Shown here one piece after another: positions 12,601 through 24,600 of a stretch of DNA of 60,000 nt. Position 1 is the first letter of the stretch. Each line of letters begins with the position of its first letter. Made by a program: the position numbers and the translations under genes. The stretch spans positions 560,001 through 620,000 of the forward strand of contig MU054338.1 of NCBI GenBank assembly GCA_013239625.1, given 5' to 3'. Under the pieces are notes generated by a model. That model was not told where the DNA came from. It saw only the letters and a program-made list of their open reading frames with translations, and did no database searches. This stretch comes from Lama guanicoe (lineage: Eukaryota).

Positions 12601-15600
12601 GGAGCTGCCCATGCAGTGACACCCCCACCTCGCCCCCCTGTAGCCCAGCGGGATAGGGAAGGACAGGACAGCCCCCATGCTGGACCTGGCTCTGAGCCTG
12701 CCCCCTGGGGGTCTGCTCAGCACCCCTCCTAGCCGGGCAAGCTGACCCCAGAAATGCCCTTCAGAGGGACAGAGGGACAGGGACCGTTCCTACCTGTCCA
12801 ATCAGAGCCCGCCTCAAACCATGCCCCACCCCGGCCCTCAGTGACGGCCAGCCGGCCCAGGACACCCGAGAGCCCACAAGACTCCTGCCAGGTGGGAAGG
12901 CTCCCAGCCCCCCTCCCCGAGCAGCCCCTCCCGCCTACCCCACAGGGTCCTTCTGAGGCCACCCTCGCAGGCTGCCCCAGGAGCCGCGATTCCCCATATC
13001 CCACGTGGCTCTGCCCAGAAAACTCCCTTGGATTCACTCTCGCTGCCAAATCCCAGGACAGAGCAGGCTGGGGGGAGGGGGCCTCCCGGGAGCCTGGCAT
13101 TCCAGGCAGTTCCCACGGTGGGGTGACCTGCCTGCCGCAGGGAGGGGCCAAGGTCCTGCCGGGGGGTTACCTTGTTGAGAGCTGCGAACTGCAGCCAGAA
13201 GCGCAGCTGGGACATGGTGGCCGGGTCCCTGGATGGTGGCGGGAGCGGCTCCCTCATGACCGCGGGCGCTCGCCCCGGCCCCAGCCCGGCTCTCAGCCCG
13301 GCTGCATTTGCATGTTGGTTTAGTCACTGCCGGCGCCTACTTCCCCTCAGGCCGGCTGACTTTCAGGAAATGATGCCTGCCTGGTAAGTCAGGACTATTA
13401 CTGGCAGAGCACGGAGAATTACTGAACGGGGCGTAATCTAGCCACAGCCGGCTGTCAACAAGCCTGCCCGCTGGTCCTGCCGGTCGCACCCTGCTGCCCT
13501 GGGCGCCCTTGGCTGTGGCCCAACCCTCAGCGGACACTGGGGTCCAGACAGAATGCCGGGGGCTCAGCTGGGCAGCCCAGGCAGGCCCCTCCCGGGCATG
13601 TCCTCAGTTTCACCAGACCCCTGTGCACTGGGCACCGTTCCACCCACACCACTGCCCAGCAGGGCCTGTGCCCCTGGTGTCCTGGCTCCAGGGGCACAGG
13701 CCCCCACGCCACAAGGAGGAAGCTGAGGCCTGGCCGGCCCCTCCGGCCCCCACGCCCTCCCAGGTCTGACCTCCGCCCCTCAGCCTGGGTGGGCCCAGGC
13801 TTTCACTGCCACGCAGCTGCCCTGGAGCCTCCAGCGCCCCCGCCGGCTCACGCCAGGGCCTTTGCCATGCTGAGGCCCCACCTGGAGAGCCTGTGGGGAC
13901 TCGGACCCACCCTGCTCCTTCCCCTCCAGCCTTGGCGAGGGGTCCAGTGTCCCTGAAACCCCATCGCTCCTGCAACCTGCAGCCCAGCACTGAAGGCCAG
14001 ACACAGCCCTCAGATGAGGGTGCCCTGTCCTGGGTTGTTTCTTCAGAGTACCTACTTCACAGGACAGTTCTGAGCCGGCATTCAGCCGAGGAGGGTGCTG
14101 GCCCGTGGGTCTCCCCGCACCTGCACGGCGCCCAGGGACGCTGGCTGTGGCGGGACCCCGGTATCAGGGAGGTCTTGGCCGAACACTGCAGACCTGACCC
14201 ATTTCCAGCCCACAGTCAGGGTGGGGGTGGGAGGTTGGGGGCACACAGCCCTGAGGCCACTGCTGCAGGGGAGGGAGCTTGTATAAGAGGCAATAAGAAA
14301 GGAGCCCTAACACGGCCAGACAACAGGGAAATGCAAATCAAAACCAGTGGGATCAAGTTCACAGCCGCCCAGATGGCTGGACCCAGGAAGCCGACAGTGA
14401 CCAGTGTGGGAAGAAGGTGGAGACACTGGAACCCCTAACACAGCTGGTGTGGGTGTGACACGGGGCGGGGTCCTTGGAGAACAGTCCCGCAGCCCCTCAG
14501 CAGCTACAGTCACCGCACGAGCCCGCACGTCCACTGCCAGGCGTCCACCAGGACACACAGAGGCACATGTCCACATGGAACCCACACATGCACGTCCACA
14601 GCGCCCAAAAGGTGGACACAATCTGAATGCTCATCCACAGACACAGGTGTCCCTCCACACACCAGAGCATCGCTCGGCCGTGAACAGGAGAGCAGCCCTG
14701 ACACCCGCCACCACGTGGACGGGCCCTGAGAGCACGGTGCTCAGGGAGAGAAGCAGACACAGAAGGACACGCAGCGTGTGAGTCCATGGATGTGAGGCGT
14801 CCAGAACAGGCCAGTCCACAGACACAGGGAGGGGGCTCCTGGCTGTCAGGGGCTGGAGGAGAGTCTCGGGGTGGTGACTGCTGATGGGGACGGGGTTTCT
14901 TTTTGGGGTGATGGAAGTTCTGGAATTATATAAAGGTGGTGGTGGCACAACTTTGTCAATATACTTCAGAAGAATAAATTGTAAGGTATGTGAATTTTGC
15001 CTCAATTTAAAAAAGCAGGGGGAGGGGATAGCTCAGTGGTAGAGGGCATGCTTAGCATACACAATGTCCTGGGTTCAATCCCCAGGACTGCCTCTAAAAA
15101 TAAGTGAATAAATAAATAAAGAAGCCTAATTCCCCTCCACCAAATAAAATAAATAAATAAGTAAGAAGGGAAAAAAAAAGCTCTTACTAGGAAACTGAAG
15201 TGAAAAGAAGACCGAATACAAACACAAACTTTATTATTAGATGCGATCGGTCTGAAACTGGTCAGGTTGCCAGCAGTTTCTAAACTCGGACTCTGTCCCT
15301 GTAACTCATCAGCAGACAGTTGGTCGTCCCTGTCTGGCTGGACACATCTGGGCCGTGGGGCTGCTCTGGGCCGAGTGTGGAGGGGCGGGCGCAGCCCAGC
15401 TGCTTGGGTCCCGGAGAGGCCTTGGGTCTGCTCTGAGGTGGGCACCCCCTGCTTCCCCACCTGCCCCAGCTAGCTTTTCTGCATCTGGTGACCCACTCAC
15501 TCGAGGGCACGGTGCCCGCTGATGGGGCCCAGGTTACAGGGGAGAGTGAGATGGGGGTGGGTGGTGCTCAGGCACATGGCCAGGAGGGAACTGAAGGTCC

Positions 15601-18600
15601 CCCTCAGGCGCTGAGGGCTGGCTTATGTCCTCCAGATGCCATGCTCATATCCTGACCCCTGTGCCCGTGAGGTCCGCTGCAGACGTAGTTAACTCAGACT
15701 AGGCCACACTGGAGCAGGTGGGCCCCACGCGATGGCTGGTGCTGACAACAAGAGGGGATCTGGACGCAGACAGAGAGGAACAGAGTGTGTGAAGACAGAG
15801 GCAGAGGCCGCAATGATGCGGCTGGGGGCCCGGGACGCCTGGGGCCCAGGGGCAGGGACGGGCTGGACAGGCCCTTCCCTGGAGCAGGGTGTCGGGTGTC
15901 CGGCCCCAGAACCACGAGGGATGAGTCTGTGGTTTTAGGCCGGTCGTGGTGCTCTGCAGGGGTGGCCCCAGGGCTTTCTGCAGGTCCCCTCTCTAGGCCC
16001 CTCCCTCACCTCTGTGTCCCCCAACTCCCACATGGAGACCTCCCTCAGACGCCCACGCTCCTGCCCCCACCGGGCCGTGGCCCCTGTGAACTGAGGGGCT
16101 TCCTAGGAAAAGCGGCCTCGGGCTCGCTGCCCGCCAGCGCTGGGGCGGCCAGGAGGTGCCCTGGGGCGGTGTGGTCCGGGCCCTCTGATACTGCTGAAAT
16201 GCGTTTGCAGAGCAGTCGGCACGCCCGCCCCTCTCCGTGTGGGGAGCTGCTGAGAGTTTGCAAAGCACTTTGCTGAGCTGTGACCTCATCCTGCTTCCCA
16301 GAAGCCCGGGCTGGCAGACGGAAAGTGTCCTCAGCGGGTGGACGTGGGGTCCACCTGAGACGCCTGGAGGGACCCTCAGGGCAGACGCCTGCCCGGCTGA
16401 CTGCATGGGGGGCGCTCGGCGCACGGACAAGGGCCCTCCTGGGGGCTGGCCGGGACGTTAGCAGCCAGGTGGCCTGGGGAGGAGGGGTCAGGGCAGCACC
16501 TGCTTCTGGAGGCTGCGGTGGGGGGGCGGGGGTTGGGCACAAGGGGCAGTGGAGGAGGTGGGGCGTGCAGCCAGGACACCAGAGAAACCAGGGTAGGGTG
16601 AAGCCAGAGGAGGACCAGTAGGGACAGCGAGAGCTGGAGGTACAAGGTCTTGGGGGTGGGGGTGTCTGGATGCTGAGCACCTCACCCCAACCCTGACCCC
16701 AACAAGCCCCCAATATCCCTCATAGTGAGATTCAGCCATGTCTGCAACATACATTCACACTACTCTGTACCCACAAGTTTACACCACCACAATTCACAGC
16801 AGCCAAAAGGTAGAAACAACCCGAATGTCCATCAATAGATGAACATAAACACACATGGTCCCTCCACACACGGGAGCATCACTCAGTCATGAAAAAGAGA
16901 GCAGCCCTGACACTCCCATTGGGCCGGACCCTGAGAGCACGGTGCTCAGTGAGAAGCAGACACAGAAGGACACACAGTTGTGTGACTCCATGGATGTGAG
17001 GCATCCAGAACGAGCCAGTCCACAGACACAGGGAGGGGGCTCCTGGCTGTCAGGGGCTGGGGCATGGGTGAGAGCTAATGGGGACCGACTGCTCTTCAGG
17101 GTGATGGAATGTTCTGGAATTAGAGGTGATGGTTGCACAACACCGTGAATGCACTGAAACTGCTGAATCATAGGATATGCAAATCACACTTCAATTAAAA
17201 ATTACAAAGTGAAGGAAAAGCCACACGTCCACACCCCCCAGCATAGTAACCCTCGGGGAGGGAGGCCCCACCGGGCCTGTGGGCCTGTTTCGGGTGGGGA
17301 GCCTGAGTGGCTCTGTGCCACCCTAAAGGCAGAAAGGAGAGGAGGACCGTGGACGGTGGAGAGACAAAGCGGACGCTGCCCTCCCAGGGGTCAAGGTCCA
17401 CACATCAATGCCAAGACGCACTGACACAGGGCCTGGCAGACACCATGCCCTGCCCGGGGGGCTCCCATCAAGGACGCAGACCCCATCTCAGCGCGGCCCC
17501 AGGCAAACCCCCACTGAGGGGCACCTATGAACAGCTGTGGGGCCTCCCTGCACCCACGGGAGCCCCCGAGGGCGGTCATCGTGGTGCAGTGGGGCTGCTT
17601 CCTCACTGCTACGTACGACACTGTATGTGACGTGCGGGGCACCTGGGTGAGGAAGGGCGACCGGGAATTCGCAGTATTGTCTTTGCCCCTTTTCTGTAAA
17701 TATAAAATTTTAAAGTCCATTTTGTCATGAAAACCTTCAAACACACAGAAAAGAGCAACAGAGCCGAACTTTTCAGATGAGCCCCCAGTGTGCCTGCCCT
17801 CCTGCACCGGAACCCGGGCACAGGTTCCGGGTGGGCTCGGGAGGTGCATGGTCTGACGACCAGTTCCATCTGGCGAGGCAGCGCTGCCACTGAACGGGGA
17901 CTGGACTTGCCTCCTGCTGCCCCAGGAGCAGAGTCCCGCAGGCTGGAGACCCTGCCCAGGTGCCTGTGACTCAGGGACCCCGTAAGGAGGCCGGCGCAAC
18001 CCACACCGCCGGTCTTGGGCCTGGGCCAGCTGGGGCATGGACCCCAGGTACTGCTCCAGGCCCCAAAGGGCAATCAGAGAGAAGCCTCCTCCTTGCAGGC
18101 AACAGGAGTCATGTAAGTCATCTCCTTTCTCTTTTTGCTTTGGCTGGAAGCTCAGGGTTCAAGGTTAGTTACCAGGAGGCACGTGAAGGCTGCTGGGTTG
18201 ACGTTCACTCCCTGCTCCCAGCTCAGCTCTGGAGTCTCCACTCCAACTCCTGATGCATGGAGCAGGACCGTGCCCCAGGCCACATGAAGGCTTTGCACAG
18301 TGGGTGTTTTCTCTCCCTGCTGTGATAAACCACCCCAAACTTCATGGCTGAAAACAACACACGTTTATTACTTTATGGTTCCGGAGGCCAGAAGTCCAAA
18401 ACGGGTTGACAGAGCTGGTCCCTCCGGAGGCTCCAGGGAGAATTGGTTCCTGCCTCTTCCAGCTTCTAGAGGCGCCGCATCCCTGGCTCGCGGCCCCTCC
18501 CTCCATCCTCACCGCCAGCAGCGCAGCATCTCCCGTCTCTCTCTGACTCTGACCCTCCCGCCTCCCACTGATGAGGACCCTGTGATGACATGGGGCCCCC

Positions 18601-21600
18601 AGGAATCCAGGGTCACCCCCATCTCACAGGCCTTAACTTAATCCCACCTGCAGAATCTCCTCTGCCCCGTGAGGAGACAGGTCCACAGGTCCCGGGACCA
18701 GAACGAGGATGTCTTCAGGGCTGTCCCTGTGCCAGCCACCATGCAATGTCACTTAATCTGAAACAGGAGCAGAGGGCATCTGTGGCCGATCTGCTGGGCT
18801 GGGCTGGGCTGGAAGAGCCTCGGATGCCAGGCTGCTCTGGACTCCTTCCCGGCTTGGTCCCCGAGGGCAGGTAGAGAAGGCTGATAACGGGGCCTCGGGA
18901 CCCCTCACCCTGGCTGAACTGTGGTCTCACGTCCGTCTGACTGCACAGTTGGCACTGGGGTGAGATTTCATTTGGAGATGTCACTGATTTGAAGAGAGAC
19001 TGGGGTTCAAGTCACCCTCAGCAAGGTTGACTGGAGGGTAGGGTGGGCTATGGTTGCATTCAGCTGACACTTGTTTGTGGGCTGGATGCGGCGACCTCCA
19101 ACGATGGACAGTGCTGGGCACAGTTCCCCTACTTGCTGCGAGAAGCAGACATGGTGCCCAAGGGATTATCAGCTTGGAAATCGCAAGGGTTCCTGGCAGA
19201 GCCAGGAGGCAGTGGGTGCAGATGGATGGTGGGGAGCAAGGCCAGATGGGTGCTGCAGGGCCCCAAAGGCCCCTGCTGGCCCTGGATTCAGCAGGCCACA
19301 TGTCTCGGTTTCTTCATCTGTCCAGCAGGGGCCGCGCCAGTGGGGGAGCTCATCTGGACACAGAGTTGTGTCCGGGACACAGTGGACAGAACCCTGATCA
19401 GCATCCAGCCTGTGGACGAGCCGATGCCTGCGGATGAGAGGCTGCCTCAGGCAGGAAGAAGGTCCCAGGCCGTCGGCCAGGTGCCCTTGGAGGCTCAACC
19501 CCACAGGGCTTTCCTCTGCTGGAGGCCAAGGGTGTCCTCTCAGACCGGCGTGGGCAGAGGAAACCGCGTATGCTTCCATAGAGTCTGGCGGGCGGCGTCC
19601 ACAGGACTCCTGTCCAGCCCTCCACCCTCGTCTGGGGGACTCGGGGCTCCCAAGGGGCAGGTGAGACCTTCTGCTCCCATCGCCACGAGGCCCAGCCGCG
19701 GCGCTTCCTGGGCGGCCAAGAAGGGTTACTGACGGGGCAGCTCCAACAAGATACGTGCAGCCATCAGGGCAGACGTCCAGGTCACGCTGTGGCCTTCGGG
19801 GCTGCACGCCCCAGGCACCGGGGCCTGCCTTGCCTCTCGTGGCCCCTACGACCTTGGCCATGTCTGCAGCGCCTGGGCTCAGCCTCCGTCGTCACATGCC
19901 TCCTCGCGTCAGTCCCTCCTCCCCCATCCCACAAGGACCCTCACTGGGTTTAGGGCCACCCTGTCCCAGGGTGGTCTCAGCGCCACTGTTGACGACGCAC
20001 ACCTGCAAAGACCCTATCTCCACAGATGGTGAGGTCCCGGGTAGATCTGGATTTGGGGGGACATTGTCACCACAGAATACACCCCTCAGTCCAGGTCTCA
20101 GCCTGATCCTGCTAGGCCCCAGTGTGGAGAACGGGCCAGGCTGAGTGCGTATGGGCTGGTCTGAGGGGCCCTGGTCTTCATCCAAGCAAGTCCAGCGGGT
20201 TTGCAAGGCCCATGTGCACGGTGTCCCCCACAGCCTGTCACCTGGGGGCCAACGAGCCCCCACTTTATAGGAAGAAACCAAGGCTCAGAGGATCTGAGCA
20301 TGTGACACCCCCACCACCCACTGGTCCCCCTGGAATGGCTCCCAAATTGTGGAGGCTCTACCACCAGACCACTGGGCTCCTGACCACAGACCACCCCTGT
20401 GGCCCTGGAGGCAGGGACGCGGGCACCACTCGTGAGCCCCGTGGACAAGGCTGCGAAGGGAGGTCTCCTGACTCCCGGGGTGCTGAGCCGCCTGAGATCC
20501 AGGTCCAGTGGTACCCCCTCCTTCCACTCAAGTGGGTTACATTTTTCAATCAGCTGTTAGGTTTTAGGGGACACAAACACTCATTACAGTGTTTCCACCC
20601 AACGGGGCATCACTCTGGCCCGGGGCCCAGCCCCCGCCCAGGTGTCAGGGCGCCAGGACGAGTCAGTCCAGGTATGGGTAAAGCTAACAGGTACTCGAGA
20701 CGCGGCCCGGTAATCTGCACACGGACAAGAGTGACGGCGCAATGTGAGCGGGCCCCCAGCCTTGGTGATGGGACCTCTGACTCAGCGTTCCCACTCCAGG
20801 GAAGTCACCTCTGACAGGTTGGGAAAGGCCTTATTCCCCGAAACAAGCCACGTCCACCCGGCACTGACAGACCCACGTGGTGCCAGGCCCAGCCAAGCTC
20901 ACACGCGCTGCCTTGGGACGCAGCAGGGGTCCCGAGGGCTGGTGCCAGGGTCTGCAGGACATGAGGTCTCCTACCTGAGGAAAGTCGCTGCTCTTTGGAG
21001 GGAAGCTGGGGCTGGCGGCGGCAGGGCCATAGCTGGTGTCTGCGCAGGGCTGGCCCACGATGAAGGAGGAGGAGTTCATGAACTGGCTGGAAGCAGAGAA
21101 GGAAAGCGAGCTGGTGGGCATGGCTGGACCACTGCCCTCCCCACCCCACAGGCAGGACAGGTGTGGGGGTCACCCGCCTTCAGGAACAACTCTGGAGTCT
21201 CAGAAACTCAGTTGAGGGGAGCCACTGCCCACATCCCAGGATACGGCGCCACGGAAAAACCTCAAGGCTCCAACTACATGTGCTTGTGTGCCTTTTGCAC
21301 AGGCCATTCCTTGGCCTGGTTCTAGGCCTGGTCTCCCTGGCAAACTCCTATTTACCCTTCAAAACCCAGCTCACCAATGCCCTCCACAGGGAAGTTTGTC
21401 CTCCAGGTTCCTTTTACCCCTACGGTTTCGCACTGCCCACCTGATGTCACCCCTGCAGAGGAGTCCTCCCTGGCCCCCTCATCCTTACTACCTCTGCCCT
21501 TTTCCCTGGGGGGTTCTTGTTAACACAGGTCCCAGCAAGTCAGTCTCAGCTGCCTCTCCCTTGGCAGAACGTTGAAGCCCCCAGCCTCAAGCTCTATTTT

Positions 21601-24600
21601 TGTTTAACCCGTAACTGCAGGATGGGAAGGCAGAGTGAAGCCCTTGTAGGTGGGGTGGCCTCCAGTAGGACCTGGGTGGGGGTGGCCGGTCACTTACTGG
21701 CTTTCACTGGAGAAGGCTGGATATGCCGCAGGCGAGAAGGGGCTCCACCACGAGCAGTGCAGCATGGCGTTCTGCAACGGAGCGCCGGCATCAGGGGAGA
21801 GGAAGGAGGGCGGGACCCCCGTGCCCCCTGCAGCAGGGCAGCGTGGAGAGAGCACTGAGCCCACCCGCTGGTGTCCCAGCAGGGTCTATACAGGAAAGCC
21901 CACCCAGAGGGCTGTGTGAAGACGAGGTTTTGACCAGTACATGGGCAGCACTGAGGACAGGGTGGGGAGGAGACGGTGGCCATGGCCTCAAGTCTGGACT
22001 GGTGGTGACCACAGAATCCCTGCAGGCCCGGGGAGCCCAGGCTTTGGGCCCACCCAAGGCTCTGACACCCAGGCTTGGGGCCTGGGACCCCACGTGGAGG
22101 CCTACATTCTAGAAAGTGGAGGATGAGACCCTATGTAAAGGAAGAGGGCACGAGTCCCTCCTGGGGCAGGCTCCCACGAGGGGCACATGCACCCTGTCTG
22201 GGAGACAGTGGCTTCTCAGAGGGGCAGGGGCTGAGGCCAGGGTGAGGGGCTCCCACCAGCACTGGGGGCAGGCACTGCCCCAGCCAGACACCTGCAACCC
22301 CACTCCTCCCAGGTGGCTCTGGAGCCTGGCCTTCTCAGAGCTCACAGGAGCCGAGGAGGATCCAGGCATCGGGCAAGTCTGTGTGGCCCGAGAGCAAAGC
22401 ACAGGCCTGGGGTCCCGAGAACCTGCTTCAGGAAGCGCCGGTGGGTGACCGGAAAGGGGAGCCTGAGGTCAGCGGGAGCATGAGGGACCCTGCACCGGCA
22501 CTGGCAGGACCGGCCTGGAGTGTGGGACTGTGGTATCAGGGTGGTGTGTCCCACCCTGACACATGGGCCTGCAAAGCAGGTGTCCCTGTCCCTAAATGAG
22601 CCGCAGGCCATGTGGGACTCTGACAGGGAGGCTGCTGGCTGTCGCTGGGGAAAGGCCCACTGGCTACGATCACCACACCCACCTGTCCCCTCGGCCAACT
22701 CACACAAGGCTTGCTCCTCAATCCTCAGGGAGGCTGCAAGATGCAACTCTCCAAGACTCACTGACTGAGCACCAGCCCATAACCAGCGTAGATGGCCGAA
22801 GCCACCCCTGCAACCCCACGCCCCGCTTCCCATCACTGCGCCCCTGCCCACATCCGAGGTCCAGCCTAGAGAACCAGCCCAAAGGGGAAGGACGCAGTGA
22901 GACAGGAGGCCCACAGGGATGGTTCTTTCAGTTTCCGCACAGGATGCAAAATAAAAGTATCAAGATAAAAGGTGGGAGACACTGTGGCATCTCCCCAGCG
23001 GGTGGCATGAACACTCTCCAGGGAAGAGGAATCGCTGTGGGGGCCTCCAGGAGGAAGCAAGGCTGCTGGCCCAGGCCCAAAGTCGCTGCCCCTACCCAGC
23101 CCCTCTGAGAGGAGGCGTCCAGCTCCCAGGGGACAAGAATATCCCAAGGCCGCAGGGCACTTCTGGAACATTCCAGAGCAGAGCTCCTTAGCCTCCTTAG
23201 AGGAACTAAAGTCAACCTGCTTGAGATGCGGCAGCTCCTGCCCAGGCCAGTCCAGGGGGAAGGGAGCAGACTCGGAAAAGAGGACCGAGGAGCTCCTGCT
23301 CACCAAACTTCCCCGCCTGCACCCAGACAAGGCCTGGGGTGGGCCCTGCGGAGCTCCCAGGCCAGCGGACCCCAGGTCCTTGAGAAGCTTGAGGCTTCAG
23401 GCTGGGGGACCCTTGTGCCTTTGTCTGCCCAGGACCCCAGCTCCTCCCCAGCATGTGGTTCTGGTGAGCCTGGCAATCAAGGACACCCAGCCCTGCCCCA
23501 CAGGGGTGGTAGAGCATGGCCAGCCAATCAGAACCTTCCTCAGGATTTCCCACTTGCAGTCAGAGGAGGTGGCTCTGCCTTCAGAGGGCATGCCCATGGG
23601 ATGCGATTGCCCCAGGCAGTGGCACCTGAGCCTGGCCAACCAATCAGAGCCTTCTTTGGGATTTTACACTTGTCGCCAGAAGGGGGTGACTCCACCTTAA
23701 GAGGGCATGCCTGTGAGACCTGACTGGTCCAGAGACAGGCACCTACCCCACCCAGCCAATCAGAGCCTGCCTGGGGATTTTTCCACCTGGAGACAGAGGC
23801 TGGTCCTCTCATGGGGAAGGAGCAGGTCCTGGGGCATTAGCCAGAAGCTTCCCAGGTCACGTGTAAACTTGTGCAGAAAACGACACTCCTGCTAGGGCGG
23901 CAGATAAAGTACAGGACATCTAGTGAAACTGGAATTGCTGATAAACAACAAATAATTTTCAGTGTAAGTATTGCATGGACCACATATACTAAAAATTAAC
24001 TTGTGTTCCTGAGAAATTTAAATTTCACTGGTCGTCTGTACTTTTATTTGCTAAATCTGGCCACCTTAGCGACACTGACCATCCTGGGGGCAGGTCCTTG
24101 GACCGGCCTGCCCTGGGGCTAGCTCCATTCCCCACCACTCCACCCTGGGCCCCTCCTCTCAAGCTTGGTTGAGCCCAGCCAGGAAGCAACAAAGAAGTAA
24201 GGAGCAGGGTGCCTACTCTGAGCCCCGCACACACCAGAGCCTACACAGGATACACGGTGTGCCAGTCAATCAGGGAGACCAAGTGTGGTCCAAGGGGGGG
24301 ACCCCCATCGTCAGGGACCTGGCCCTTGGAGAGCACCAGGGAGCCCACTCTGCACTGCTGACTGCCTGGAGCAGGGCTCGTAGCCAAGGTCGGGCTCACA
24401 CGGTCCCTCTCGTGTACCAGGGTCCCTTTCTCAGCCCAAATGTCCCTCTCCCAATTCCAGTGTCTGAGCCCCTCCAGTCCCCATGGGCTGTCCAGGCAGC
24501 ACTCGCATCCTGGCCCTCGGCCAGCTTCCTGGGTCACCATAACGGGACGAGGCAGGAGCCGATCCCCTGCGGAACAGCTCCGTCCTCTGCAAACCCGCCT

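Noticed and set aside
15018..15095. tRNA-like sequence with A and B boxes
   Set aside because: No proper cloverleaf or acceptor stem, has an (AAAT)n tail, and occurs as three diverged copies, so it is a SINE rather than a tRNA gene.
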